Notes: generated by a model from the letters alone, not told the origin. Shown: positions 27,836 to 37,477, counted from the first letter of the stretch. The stretch: DNA of 45,984 nucleotides from an uncultured Thermodesulfobacteriota bacterium (GCA_964623985.1 CAZUXG010000004.1:1-45984); one strand, 5' to 3'. Numbers and translations: made by a program.

Positions 27836-28285
27836 TTACTCCTTAGTCGCAGGGTTAATCAATAACTTAAACGCTTCAAGGGCTAGCAGGTAAGAGGTAG
27901 CGCCAAAACCGCTGATGCTGCCCTGGCAAACAGCTGCCGTTAGTGACTTTTGACGAAATTCATCTCGGGCGCTGATATTGCTCAGATGGACCTCTATAAC
28001 CGGAAGTTCGATGGCCGCAATTGCGTCGCGAATTGCGACGCTGGTATGGGTGAAAGCCGCCGGATTGATGATGATCCCGGAAAAACCCTCTGGCCCGGCA
28101 TTCTGCAGCCAGTCGATAATTTCACCTTCATGGTTACTCTGGCAGCAGGTCGTTGTTAGCTCGAGCGCTGCTCCCCTAAGGTCAATTTCACGGTTTATCA
28201 TAGCCAGGCTTTTTGGCCCGTAGACTTCCGGTTCACGCTGGCCCAAGAGGTTGAGGTTGGGGCCATGGATAGTCAGAATCTTCAT
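27836..28285 (-). CDS. aroQ: Type II 3-dehydroquinate dehydratase
   Basis: HGPNLNLLGQREPEVYG, QSNHEG, INPAAFTHTS, EVHLSN; start at ATG 28285. Confidence 0.95.
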   Translation of the reverse strand: MKILTIHGPNLNLLGQREPEVYGPKSLAMINREIDLRGAALELTTTCCQSNHEGEIIDWLQNAGPEGFSGIIINPAAFTHTSVAIRDAIAAIELPVIEVHLSNISARDEFRQKSLTAAVCQGSISGFGATSYLLALEAFKLLINPATKE

Positions 28286-28590
28286 GAACTCCTCTGCTTG
28301 CGAATGATTGGCGGTTGTTTTTTTACGACCTTCAAAAGGTTTTTGAGGCGGGCAATCCGTTGTTGGGTGCGAAGCGTCTTTCTGGTCGTTTCCGGGTTGG
28401 CTTGAGGTCTGAAATATTCCTTGATCTGGGAGATTTCTTTCTGGTAGAATTTGGCTTTTTCCGGGTTCTGCCGGCTGAGTTTCTGGTAGATGTCGATGGC
28501 TTCCCGCCAATGCCTTTGATCGAGAAGTAATTTAGCCATGGTCTCAGTCAGAATCGGCGGGCTTGAGCCATCGTTGCTGGAATTGTCCAT
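28282..28590 (-). CDS. Small TPR-like hypothetical protein upstream of aroQ
   Basis: TETMAKLLLDQRHWREAIDIYQKL TPR-like motif; ATGA overlap with aroQ. Confidence 0.7.
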   Translation of the reverse strand: MDNSSNDGSSPPILTETMAKLLLDQRHWREAIDIYQKLSRQNPEKAKFYQKEISQIKEYFRPQANPETTRKTLRTQQRIARLKNLLKVVKKQPPIIRKQRSS

Positions 28591-28772
28591 GGTTTGTATG
28601 AGTCTTGTTTTTATGGGGTTAAAATGGTAACTGCCGCGATGCTGGATAACGGCTCTCTCTGATAGTGTAAAAATCGTTTTAAGTCAAGAGTGATGGAGTT
28701 TGAGAATATTGAATTGAAACGAAGCTGGCAACCTTTATCGACAGGCTTTTTTAAAAAAAGTAGGGAGGATTT

Positions 28773-28850
28773 ATGAGGGCCGTAGTGCAGCGGGTGAAGT
28801 CGGTTTCTGTCAGAGTTGGTCAGGATTGTCGAAAGATTTTTCTTGATTAA
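28773..28850 (+). pseudogene. dtd: N-terminal remnant of D-aminoacyl-tRNA deacylase (25 codons)
   Basis: RBS gggagga + MRAVVQRVKSVSVRVG, matching the Dtd N-terminal MRAVxQRV motif, then TAA. Confidence 0.75.
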
Positions 28851-28885
28851 GAGATAATGAATATTTAGAAATTAGTCAAATAGAT

Positions 28886-28903
28886 AATAATTCGCGAATT
28901 ATT
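28886..28903. promoter_or_regulatory. Perfect 18-bp palindrome upstream of the CODH gene (candidate operator)
   Basis: aataattcgcgaattatt is its own reverse complement. Confidence 0.45.
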
Positions 28904-28987
28904 TGCGGATTGCCGAAAATTTTTCGTCATTTTTAGGGGCGACTTTTAGCCGGTACCTCAAAAGTACATCCTCGTTATTGCTCAAGG

Positions 28988-29015
28988 CGTAGTGGGTAGT
29001 GGGTAGCCGGTAGGG
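28988..29015. repeat. Four degenerate heptamers (GGTAGNN) in the CODH leader
   Basis: cgtagtg ggtagtg ggtagcc ggtaggg. Confidence 0.55.
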
Positions 29016-29160
29016 TTTTTATACATCTGGATGCCCACTGTGGTTGTGGTACATAACTTGCTTTTGATTACCCGCGTGTTTTCAGTTTCGGATTGGCAAT
29101 AAACGCCGAACGAACTTTTATAATGCCACTAAAAAACACTATCAAGGAGGTAGTAAACCA

Positions 29161-31131
29161 ATGGCAAAATCGAAAGAGTTAAACATTCAGGAAGCAACAA
29201 TTTGTGCCAGTACTAGGCAGATGTTGGAAAAAGCCACAAAAGACGGCGTTCAGATCTCTTTTCACAGAGCCAATGATATGGGCGTCTGTCCCATCGGAGC
29301 GGTTTCCGCTTGTTGTAAAAATTGTTCCATGGGCCCCTGTCGTTTGAGTCCCAAAGATCCTTATGCTAAGGTTGGTGTCTGTGGTGCGACGATCGATACC
29401 ATCGGGGCTCGTAACTTCGCCCGTATGGTTGTCGCCGGGGCCTCCGCCCATACCGATCATGGCATGGGTATGCTTGATTGCTTCAAGGAAGTTGTTCATG
29501 GTAAGATCGACGGATTTCGGATTAAAGATGAAGTGAAACTTAAGGAAGTGTGTGGTTATCTCGATATTCCGACCACGGTTGAAGTTGATGGTGAAGTCAA
29601 AGATCGCGAGATTCTGGAGTTAGGGATTGAGCTGGCTGGAGAGCTCGAAAGAACCTACACCCAGGTCGAAGGTGAGATTCCTTTTATGAAACGGGTTCCG
29701 GAAAAGACCTTGGAACGCTGGCGTGAACTAGGTATTGTGCCGCGTGGCTCGATGCGTGAGATCATGGAGATGATGCATCGTACACATATCGGGGTTGACC
29801 AGGAATATGTTAATATCAGTCGCCAGTTTCAGCGGGTTGCCCTCTCCGATGGTTGGGGTGGTTCGATGGTTGCAACTGAACTTTCCGATATCCTTTTCGG
29901 CACCCCGAAACCGATTGCCGGTATTGTTGATATGGGTTGCCTCGATGAGAAAAAGGTTAACATAGTTATTAATGGTCATGAACCGATCCTGTTCGAAGCC
30001 ATGATTGATTCCGTCAATGATCCTAAATTGATTGAAAAAGCCAAAGCCACCGGGGCCGAAGGTTTGAACTTGGTCGGGATGTGTTGTTCCGGGGCCGAGG
30101 TTCTGATGCGTCACGGGGTTCCCCATGCCGGTAACTTCATGTCGACGGAAGCCGTGCTTGTAACCGGTGCCGTTGATGCCATGGCGGTTGACGTTCAGTG
30201 TATCAAACAGGGTTTAAGCCCGGTTTCCCAATGTTACGGGACTCCGTTGTTTACTACCAACTATCGGGCGCACATCGAAGGGGCCAGACATATCCAGCTC
30301 GACGAGATCCATCCGCGTGTGTGTGTTGACGAGATTGTTGAAGAGGCGATTAAGCGTTTCAAAAATCGTACTAAACCGATTGAGATTCCGCAGAACCGTC
30401 ATATCGGTATCCACGGTTTCGGTCATGAGAGTATTCTCTCTACCCTGGGCGGAACCTATCGTCCCTCCTATCGTCCTTTGAATGATGCGATTATCAGTGG
30501 CCGTATCCGGGGTATTGCTGGCGTCGTCGGTTGTACTAACCCGCGGGTCAAACATGACTGGGTACATACTGAAGTTGTTAAAGAGTTGATTAAAAATGAC
30601 GTTATTGTGCTGATGACAGGTTGTGCTACTATTTCAGCTGCTAAAGCTGGTCTTTTGACCCCTGAAGCAGCCAAATTTGCGGGTCCGGGGCTGGCCGAGA
30701 TTTGTGAGACGGTTGGTATCCCGCCGGTCTTGAGTCTGGGGTCCTGTGTTGATAATAGTCGTATTCTGGTTGCCGCTACCGGAGTTCTTAACGAGGGTGG
30801 TCTGGGTGAACGGCTTTCCGATTTGCCGGCCGCCGGTTCCGCTCCCGAATGGATGAGTGAGAAAGCGATCTCCATCGGTCAGTACTTTGTTTCCTCTGGA
30901 GTCTACACTGTCTTTGGTGTTGCCTTCCCGGCTACCGAGGGTAGCAAGTTTAAAGAACATCTCTTCAAAGGTCTCGAAGAAGAGGTTGGTGGAATGTGGG
31001 ATCTCGCAATTGATCCTTACGATCATGCCGCCAAGATGATTGCTCATATCGACAAAAAACGTGAAGCCTTAGGCATCAACGTCAAACAGGAGCGCAAACT
31101 CTTCGACATGGCTGATCGTCGCGAACTGTAG
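29161..31131 (+). CDS. cooS: Anaerobic NiFe carbon monoxide dehydrogenase catalytic subunit
   Basis: CPIG...ACCKNCSMGPC...GVCGA (D/B clusters), AHTDH, NGHEP, GMCC, DVQC, VGCTN, TGCA, GSCVDN (C cluster), SEKA; RBS aaggagg. Confidence 0.96.
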   Translation: MAKSKELNIQEATICASTRQMLEKATKDGVQISFHRANDMGVCPIGAVSACCKNCSMGPCRLSPKDPYAKVGVCGATIDTIGARNFARMVVAGASAHTDHGMGMLDCFKEVVHGKIDGFRIKDEVKLKEVCGYLDIPTTVEVDGEVKDREILELGIELAGELERTYTQVEGEIPFMKRVPEKTLERWRELGIVPRGSMREIMEMMHRTHIGVDQEYVNISRQFQRVALSDGWGGSMVATELSDILFGTPKPIAGIVDMGCLDEKKVNIVINGHEPILFEAMIDSVNDPKLIEKAKATGAEGLNLVGMCCSGAEVLMRHGVPHAGNFMSTEAVLVTGAVDAMAVDVQCIKQGLSPVSQCYGTPLFTTNYRAHIEGARHIQLDEIHPRVCVDEIVEEAIKRFKNRTKPIEIPQNRHIGIHGFGHESILSTLGGTYRPSYRPLNDAIISGRIRGIAGVVGCTNPRVKHDWVHTEVVKELIKNDVIVLMTGCATISAAKAGLLTPEAAKFAGPGLAEICETVGIPPVLSLGSCVDNSRILVAATGVLNEGGLGERLSDLPAAGSAPEWMSEKAISIGQYFVSSGVYTVFGVAFPATEGSKFKEHLFKGLEEEVGGMWDLAIDPYDHAAKMIAHIDKKREALGINVKQERKLFDMADRREL

Positions 31132-31164
31132 ATCGATTTCTAGAAAATAGAGAAGGTCAAAGTG

Positions 31165-31199
31165 AAAACCCCGGTTCTTTATTGAACCGGGGTTTTTTT
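31165..31199 (+). terminator. Rho-independent terminator after cooS
   Basis: aaaaccccggttc / gaaccggggtttttttg. Confidence 0.88.
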
Positions 31200-31203
31200 G
31201 TAC

Positions 31204-31232
31204 TTGACAATACGAGGTGGAGTTTCTACAAG
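31204..31232 (+). promoter_or_regulatory. Putative sigma70 promoter of the proS operon
   Basis: TTGACA-17 nt-TACAAG. Confidence 0.5.
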
Positions 31233-31286
31233 GCTTAAGCGGTTGCCGCTTTCGTTATACAGACAATATTTTTTGAAAGGAATACT

Positions 31287-33008
31287 ATGCGTTTTTCCGT
31301 GATGCACCTGCCCACCCTGAAAGAGGAGCCGGCTGAAGCCGAGGTTATCAGCCACCGTCTGATGCTCAGGGCCGGGATGATTCGCCGTCTGGCCGCCGGC
31401 ATCTACTCTTATCTGCCGCTGGGCTTGCTGGCCCTGCGTAATGTGGAAGAGATTATTCGCCAGGAGATGAACCGGGCTGGGGCCCAAGAACTTCTCCTAC
31501 CGGCCGTGCAACCGGCCGAACTCTGGCAGGAGAGCGGGCGCTGGGACTTTTATGGTAATGAACTTTTAAGAATCAGGGATCGCCATCAGCGGGATTTTTG
31601 TTTTGGTCCGACCCATGAAGAGGTGATTACCGATCTGATCCGTCATGAGGTTCGTTCTTATCGTCAGTTACCCCTCAATCTTTATCAGATCCAGACTAAA
31701 TTCAGGGACGAAATAAGACCCCGTTTCGGGCTTATGCGGGGTCGTGAATTTATTATGAAAGATGCTTACAGCTTTGATGTTGATGATGCTGCCGCAGGCT
31801 TAAGTTATCAGGTTATGCGCGATGCCTATACCCGGATCTTTTCCCGTTGTGGGCTTAATTTTCGCGATGTTGAGGCCGATTCAGGGGCGATTGGTGGTAG
31901 CTTTTCTCATGAATTTGTTGTCCTTGCCGACTCTGGTGAAGATGCGGTTGCCAGTTGTCAATCCTGTGATTATGCCGCTAATGTTGAAAAAGCTGAGAGC
32001 CAGTTTATTGCTGTTAAGGCAGCTTCTTCTGATCTCGCCGCGTCCCTACCGCTTGAGGTTGCGACTCCGGATTGTGAATCTATTGAGGCGGTTGCCGCCT
32101 TCTTCGGGGTCACTCCCGATGCGATTGTAAAAAGTATGATTTTTGAGAGTGATCTTGGTTTCTGCATGGTCGTCGTGCCGGGTGACCGTGAGGTCAATGA
32201 GCTCAAGGTAAAAACCGCTCTCGGGGCGGAATGGCTTGAGATTCCGGCAGCGACTCGGGTTACTGATGAGCTGGGTCTGCCGGTCGGTTATCTGGGGCCC
32301 CTTAATGTCAGTATCCCTCTGCTCGTCGATCGCCAAGTGCCGCAACTTGATGAGGTCATCTGTGGGGCCAATCGGGCCGGTTTTCATCTTAAAGGGGTTT
32401 GCTGGGGGCGCGATTTCAGTAGCCGGCAGATTGCCGATTTGGTTCAGGTCAGGGCCGGTGATTGTTGCCCGCTTTGTGGTTCTTCGCTACAGATCGACCG
32501 GGGTATAGAGGTTGGTCATATCTTTAAGTTAGGAACCAAATACAGCGAAAAACTTAAAGCCACATTTCTTGACCAGGAGGGCCAGGAAAAATTTCTGGTG
32601 ATGGGGTGTTACGGTATCGGGGTTGGCCGGACCGTGGCGGCCGCTATTGAACAGAATTATGATGAGAACGGTATCTGTTTTCCTTATGCGATCGCTCCTT
32701 TCAAGGTGGCGCTCTTAAATCTTGACCTCAAGTCGGAAGAAGTTACGGCTTATTGCGAAAGTCTTTATCGGGAGTTGCAGAGTCGGGGGATTTCGGTTAT
32801 TTATGATGATCGTAATGAACGACCCGGAGTAAAATTTAAGGATGCTGATTTGATCGGTGTTCCCCTGCGTCTGACCTTGGGGCGTAAAGGTTACAATCGC
32901 GGAGTTCTGGAAGCCCGGTGTCGGAAAGGGTCCATAAATGAAGAGTTACCTCTTGATGATCGGGCCCCTTTATGGTCTCTTCTTGCAGAACTGGCGGCGG
33001 ATGATTAG
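31287..33008 (+). CDS. proS: Prolyl-tRNA synthetase (bacterial type with INS editing domain)
   Basis: PTLKEEP, GPTHEE, KFRDEIRPRFGLMRGREF, GIEVGHIFKLGTKYS, MGCYGIG. Confidence 0.97.
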   Translation: MRFSVMHLPTLKEEPAEAEVISHRLMLRAGMIRRLAAGIYSYLPLGLLALRNVEEIIRQEMNRAGAQELLLPAVQPAELWQESGRWDFYGNELLRIRDRHQRDFCFGPTHEEVITDLIRHEVRSYRQLPLNLYQIQTKFRDEIRPRFGLMRGREFIMKDAYSFDVDDAAAGLSYQVMRDAYTRIFSRCGLNFRDVEADSGAIGGSFSHEFVVLADSGEDAVASCQSCDYAANVEKAESQFIAVKAASSDLAASLPLEVATPDCESIEAVAAFFGVTPDAIVKSMIFESDLGFCMVVVPGDREVNELKVKTALGAEWLEIPAATRVTDELGLPVGYLGPLNVSIPLLVDRQVPQLDEVICGANRAGFHLKGVCWGRDFSSRQIADLVQVRAGDCCPLCGSSLQIDRGIEVGHIFKLGTKYSEKLKATFLDQEGQEKFLVMGCYGIGVGRTVAAAIEQNYDENGICFPYAIAPFKVALLNLDLKSEEVTAYCESLYRELQSRGISVIYDDRNERPGVKFKDADLIGVPLRLTLGRKGYNRGVLEARCRKGSINEELPLDDRAPLWSLLAELAADD

Positions 33009-33669
33009 CGTATCCCATCTCAATAAGAGTTACAGTCATCCTGACATGATCTTGAAAGATGTCTCTTTTGAGGTTAAAAAGGGAGAATTTGTCTATCTTT
33101 CAGGTCCCAGCGGGGCCGGGAAAACAACCCTGTTCCGCTTGCTATTTGCCGACCTTAAACCCGACAGTGGTCAGATTGAGGTTGATGGTTTCGACCTGAT
33201 GCGGGCCCAACCGTCTCGTATCGCCCGCTTACGGCGGCGCATGGGGATCGTCTTTCAAGACTACAAACTGATTCCCAATTATACTGTTTTCGACAATGTG
33301 GCATTAGCCTTGGAAATTGCCGGTACGCCGCGCCGGCTGATTCAAAAAACCGTCTGGCAGGTGCTTAAAGTGGTTGGTGTCGAGCGTCAGCTTGATCGTC
33401 TGCCACCCCAATTATCCGGTGGCGAGCAACAGCGGGTCGCGATTGCCCGGGCCCTGGTTAATGATCCTCAGCTCATCCTGGCAGATGAGCCGACCGGCAA
33501 TCTCGATTATGAGATTGCCAACGAAATAATGAACATTTTCAACTATATAAATTCTCAAGGCGCAACCGTCGTCATGGTCACCCACAACCGAGCTCTGTTG
33601 CAGCGTTTTAAACGTAAAGTTTTTTATCTTGACCAGGGTATCCTGCAGGCCTATGTCTGGCCCGATTGA
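33001..33669 (+). CDS. ftsE: Cell division ATP-binding protein FtsE
   Basis: GPSGAGKTT, RRRMGIVFQDYKL, LSGGEQQRVAIARA; upstream of ftsX. Confidence 0.93.
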   Translation: MISVSHLNKSYSHPDMILKDVSFEVKKGEFVYLSGPSGAGKTTLFRLLFADLKPDSGQIEVDGFDLMRAQPSRIARLRRRMGIVFQDYKLIPNYTVFDNVALALEIAGTPRRLIQKTVWQVLKVVGVERQLDRLPPQLSGGEQQRVAIARALVNDPQLILADEPTGNLDYEIANEIMNIFNYINSQGATVVMVTHNRALLQRFKRKVFYLDQGILQAYVWPD

Positions 33670-33863
33670 GGCTGTCAAAACTGGCATCTCTGCGGCGCGT
33701 TGGCGACGCGGAGTTTATGCTCTAGGGTTTTAGGCCGGCGCTGAAATCCGTTTGCCGTTTTATATCTGTACCTGTTTTGCTGTATCAATGCCTGGCTAAT
33801 TACATGTAATATTTTAACCGGACACCACTGTTTCCAACTACATTTGCTTAAACTTTATTTTTT

Positions 33864-34769
33864 ATGTCCAGAACCCGAGACTATCTCTACCCGCTATTTA
33901 AACTGACCGGCAATAATATTCGCCGTCATCCGGTTATTAATCTGATCTCAATCTCGATTATTTCGATAGCCATGTTGTTGTTGGCTCTCTATTTTCTGGG
34001 TTACAGTAATGCGGCCCGGATTGTCTCTGCCTGGCGAGCTGATTTGCGGATTGCCGTTTATCTGGTTGATGGTATTGATGTTGAGAGGATGTCGGTACTG
34101 GAAAATTATTGTCGTGAACTTGATGAAGTCATTCGTTTCGATTATGTCTCCAAAGAGCAGGCCCTGGAAAATTTCAAAGTGACTTTGGGAGAAGACTCCA
34201 GTTTTCTTTCGGGTTTGCCAGAAAACCCTTTGCCGGCCTCACTTGAACTTTTTCTCGATTCCGAAGTTACTGATGTCGATGATGTTGAGCGTCTCGCCCG
34301 GCAGCTCCAAAGACAGGTTGGAGTCGATGAAGTCGCCTATGGCAGCCGTTGGCTGCGACAACTTTTTTCGCTTCTCAAGACGGTTAAATACTTTGGCTTT
34401 CTTTTTGCCGCTTTTTTATCAGCAGTAACCGTCTTCATTGTTGCCAGTACGATTCGACTTTCGCTTTATGCCCGCAGTGAAACTATCAGGGTGCTACACT
34501 TGGTCGGGGCCACCCGCAGCTTTATAGCACTGCCTCATCTTTTTGAGGGGGTTTTCCAGGGGGTTGTGGCTTCCTCTCTGGCTTTGGGGTTTGCCTTTGC
34601 CGGTTTTCGACATTTTAAGGCCTGGCTTCAGACGCAGGCTCCACAGTGGTCGATAGCCCCGCAACTCAAGTTTTTTACGGTACTTCCCCTGCTCCTCTTT
34701 TTGTTCTTGGGCACCATTCTTGGGATTGCCGGATTCCTTCTCTCTAGCCGTTGGATTCGTCGTGATTAG
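33864..34769 (+). CDS. ftsX: Cell division permease FtsX
   Basis: YVSKEQAL, NPLPAS, TIRLSLYAR, LVGAT..FI..P..FEG; four TM segments. Confidence 0.9.
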   Translation: MSRTRDYLYPLFKLTGNNIRRHPVINLISISIISIAMLLLALYFLGYSNAARIVSAWRADLRIAVYLVDGIDVERMSVLENYCRELDEVIRFDYVSKEQALENFKVTLGEDSSFLSGLPENPLPASLELFLDSEVTDVDDVERLARQLQRQVGVDEVAYGSRWLRQLFSLLKTVKYFGFLFAAFLSAVTVFIVASTIRLSLYARSETIRVLHLVGATRSFIALPHLFEGVFQGVVASSLALGFAFAGFRHFKAWLQTQAPQWSIAPQLKFFTVLPLLLFLFLGTILGIAGFLLSSRWIRRD

Positions 34770-34775
34770 TCAGTT

Positions 34776-35945
34776 TTGAAGATGAAAAGCTTCTGTTTAG
34801 TATTGTTACTGCTTTTTTTGGGGTGGTCGGCGGACTCGCCAATTGCGGGTCGCAGTTTGGCCCAAGAGAGTGGGGCTCAGAATGTTGGAAGCGATCTGCG
34901 TACGCTTAATGAACAGATTACTAAGGCGCGAAAACAGGAAGAGAGGGCTCGGCTACGGCAGGGTTCCGTCCTTCAAGAGATTGATGATCTCAATCGCTGG
35001 CGCACAGCCCTCAAGGGGGAGCTTGGGGTTTTGCTCAAAGAGGAGCAAGAGGCCGGATTGCTGGTGGTGGAACAGGCGGCCGAGGCGACCCGTCTTGCAG
35101 AGTCTCTCGAACAGCTTCTGCAAAAATTTAGTCAGCGTCTTAAAATTCGTTACTGTCAACCGCCCGGTAGATGGCTCGATTTTCTCGATGGTGATGCCGA
35201 TTTTACAGAGAAGTTTAATGCTTTGATCTATGGCCGGAGGGTGCTGGCCGCCGACCGGCAGTTGCAGAAGGCCTGCGTCGATCTGCTTGAGGAGGTTCGT
35301 AACCGTTACCAGGAACTCCATAGACGCCGTCTATTTCTTGCTAAACTTGAGCAGCAACAAGTCGACAAGATGGCGGAATTGGAAGAAAATATTGCCAAAA
35401 AAAATGAGTTGCTGTATAAAATCAAGCATCAGGTCAAGGTTCATGAGGAACTTGTTGTCGAGCTTGAAGAAGTTGCAGCAAGGTTGAAAAAAATGACCCT
35501 CAGAACCGGGTTGCCGGAAACCAACTTTGCATCTCTTAAAGGTCGCTTGTCGATGCCGGTAGAGGGGGTTGTAATCAGCTTTTTCGGGCTTGAAAAAAAC
35601 TCTCGATTTGCGACCGTTACCAGTAATAAGGGGATTGAGATTGAAGCGTGTATCGGAGATCCGGTCAAAGTTGTTCATGATGGTCAGGTAGTTTTTGCCT
35701 CCTGGATGAAAGGTTATGGCAACTTGCTGGTAGTTGACCATGGCGGGGGTTACTATTCCATCTATGCTCATCTTGAAGATTTTGCCTGTCGAATTAATGA
35801 CCGCCTGCGGGCGTTTGATATTGTCGGCCGGGTTGGTCAGGGGGTACTTTCCGATGCCCCCTCTCTTTATTTTGAGATTCGCAAGGGTGGCATTCCCGAG
35901 GATCCGTTGATCTGGGTTTCACAGTTGCAAAGAAGATCGGGGTGA
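34776..35945 (+). CDS. envC: Murein hydrolase activator EnvC (coiled coil + degenerate M23 domain); start may be 34782
   Basis: NKGIEI and SLYFEIR replace the Zn-ligand motifs HxxxD and HxH; follows ftsEX. Confidence 0.85.
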   Translation: MKMKSFCLVLLLLFLGWSADSPIAGRSLAQESGAQNVGSDLRTLNEQITKARKQEERARLRQGSVLQEIDDLNRWRTALKGELGVLLKEEQEAGLLVVEQAAEATRLAESLEQLLQKFSQRLKIRYCQPPGRWLDFLDGDADFTEKFNALIYGRRVLAADRQLQKACVDLLEEVRNRYQELHRRRLFLAKLEQQQVDKMAELEENIAKKNELLYKIKHQVKVHEELVVELEEVAARLKKMTLRTGLPETNFASLKGRLSMPVEGVVISFFGLEKNSRFATVTSNKGIEIEACIGDPVKVVHDGQVVFASWMKGYGNLLVVDHGGGYYSIYAHLEDFACRINDRLRAFDIVGRVGQGVLSDAPSLYFEIRKGGIPEDPLIWVSQLQRRSG

Positions 35946-36046
35946 TGGAAAAATTTTCTGAAAAGAGCGAGTCCCGTAAGGTCGTCGAGAGCGTGGATGA
36001 TGTCCCTGTTTCAAGTTCTTATCTGTCAATCTTTTGGAGGTTTCTG

Positions 36047-37465
36047 ATGTTTGTTGAAAGAAATAAAGGTAAATCGATAGTTTTGGGCGTGATCATTGCG
36101 GTTGCGGCCTTTCTGGTGATTCACCTCGGGGTTTTATCGGGTGATTCCCGGGCTCGCGAAGAGGCGCAGGGCGGAGATAGCAAAAGTCCTTATGAATATA
36201 TAAAGCTCTATACTGATACCATGAGTTTGGTGCAGAAGAATTATGTTGAAGAGGTTGAAGTCAAGAAACTGGTATATGGGTCGATTAAGGGTATGCTCTC
36301 TGATCTTGATCCGCATTCGAGTTTCATGCCGCCGGATATGTTTAAGGAGATGCAGGTAGAGACAACTGGGTCTTTCGGTGGTCTCGGAATCGAAATTACG
36401 GTTCGTGACGGGGTTTTGACAGTGGTCTCACCGATTGAAGATACGCCGGCCTTCAGGGCCGGGGTTGAAGCCGGTGACCGGATTATCAAGATTAATGGTG
36501 AACTGAGCAAAGATATGACCCTGATGGAAGCGGTCAAGAAGATGCGCGGTCCCAAAGATACTGAAATTACAATCTCAATTATGCGGCAGGGGCTCAGTTC
36601 ACTGCTTGATATTACTATTATCCGTGATATTATCAAGGTAGTGAGTGTTAAAAGTAAAATGTTGTCCGACGAGATTGCCTATATCCGCTTGACTCAGTTT
36701 CAAGCTCGAACCTATACTGACCTTAATCGCAAAATGAAAGAGCTGAAAAAAGAGCATCCTATTTCCGGTCTGGTTCTTGATATGCGGAATAATCCCGGTG
36801 GGCTGCTGCAGCAAGCGGTCAAGGTTTCGGATTATTTTTTGAAGTCCGGTCTGATTGTTTATACCGACGGTCGGATTAGTAAACAGAATATGCGTTATCA
36901 GGCCTATGATGATGGGACTGAGGGTGACTATCCGATTGTGATTCTGGTCAATGGTGGCAGTGCCAGTGCTTCGGAAATTGTGGCCGGGGCCCTGCAGGAT
37001 CATAAGCGAGCTCTGGTGATGGGGACCCCGAGTTTTGGCAAGGGCTCGGTGCAGACCATTATCCCGCTGGAAGATGGTTCGGCTGTGCGTTTAACAACCT
37101 CACTCTATTATACTCCGAGCGGTCGTTCGATACAGGCTAAAGGGATCGAACCCGATGTTCTGGTCGAAGCGGGTACGGTGGTTCACCAGGATCAGAAAAA
37201 AGGAGTCATACATCACCTCAAGGAGAAGGATCTCAAAGGTCATTTTGAGAACGGCAACGGTCCTTCCGAAGGATCCAAAGACCCGCAAAAACTTAAACAG
37301 CAACCGGCTGACGGGAAAGAGCAGAGCGAAGGAAAAAACAAAGCTGATGCAGGCCTGGACAAGGCAAAAGATATGCAGGACAAGTGGCGTGATGATGTCC
37401 AGATTTTGCGGGCTGTGGAGTTGCTCCAGGGTTGGCAGGTCTTTAAACAGCTTGGCGCGCAGTAG
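36047..37465 (+). CDS. ctpA: Carboxyl-terminal processing protease (S41)
   Basis: LDPHS, GGLGIEI PDZ, DMRNNPGGLL, SASASEIVAGALQD, GKGSVQ; RBS ggagg before ATG 36047. Confidence 0.93.
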   Translation: MFVERNKGKSIVLGVIIAVAAFLVIHLGVLSGDSRAREEAQGGDSKSPYEYIKLYTDTMSLVQKNYVEEVEVKKLVYGSIKGMLSDLDPHSSFMPPDMFKEMQVETTGSFGGLGIEITVRDGVLTVVSPIEDTPAFRAGVEAGDRIIKINGELSKDMTLMEAVKKMRGPKDTEITISIMRQGLSSLLDITIIRDIIKVVSVKSKMLSDEIAYIRLTQFQARTYTDLNRKMKELKKEHPISGLVLDMRNNPGGLLQQAVKVSDYFLKSGLIVYTDGRISKQNMRYQAYDDGTEGDYPIVILVNGGSASASEIVAGALQDHKRALVMGTPSFGKGSVQTIIPLEDGSAVRLTTSLYYTPSGRSIQAKGIEPDVLVEAGTVVHQDQKKGVIHHLKEKDLKGHFENGNGPSEGSKDPQKLKQQPADGKEQSEGKNKADAGLDKAKDMQDKWRDDVQILRAVELLQGWQVFKQLGAQ

Positions 37466-37477
37466 TCGACGGTTGTA

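Noticed and set aside
28920-29150. Possible NiCo or other riboswitch in the cooS leader
   Set aside because: I could not match conserved riboswitch motifs by eye; an Rfam search is needed.
29179-31047. Several 100-177 aa antisense ORFs over cooS (and likewise over guaB, fbp, envC and lolD)
   Set aside because: These are shadow ORFs opposite well-supported genes, with no recognisable motifs.
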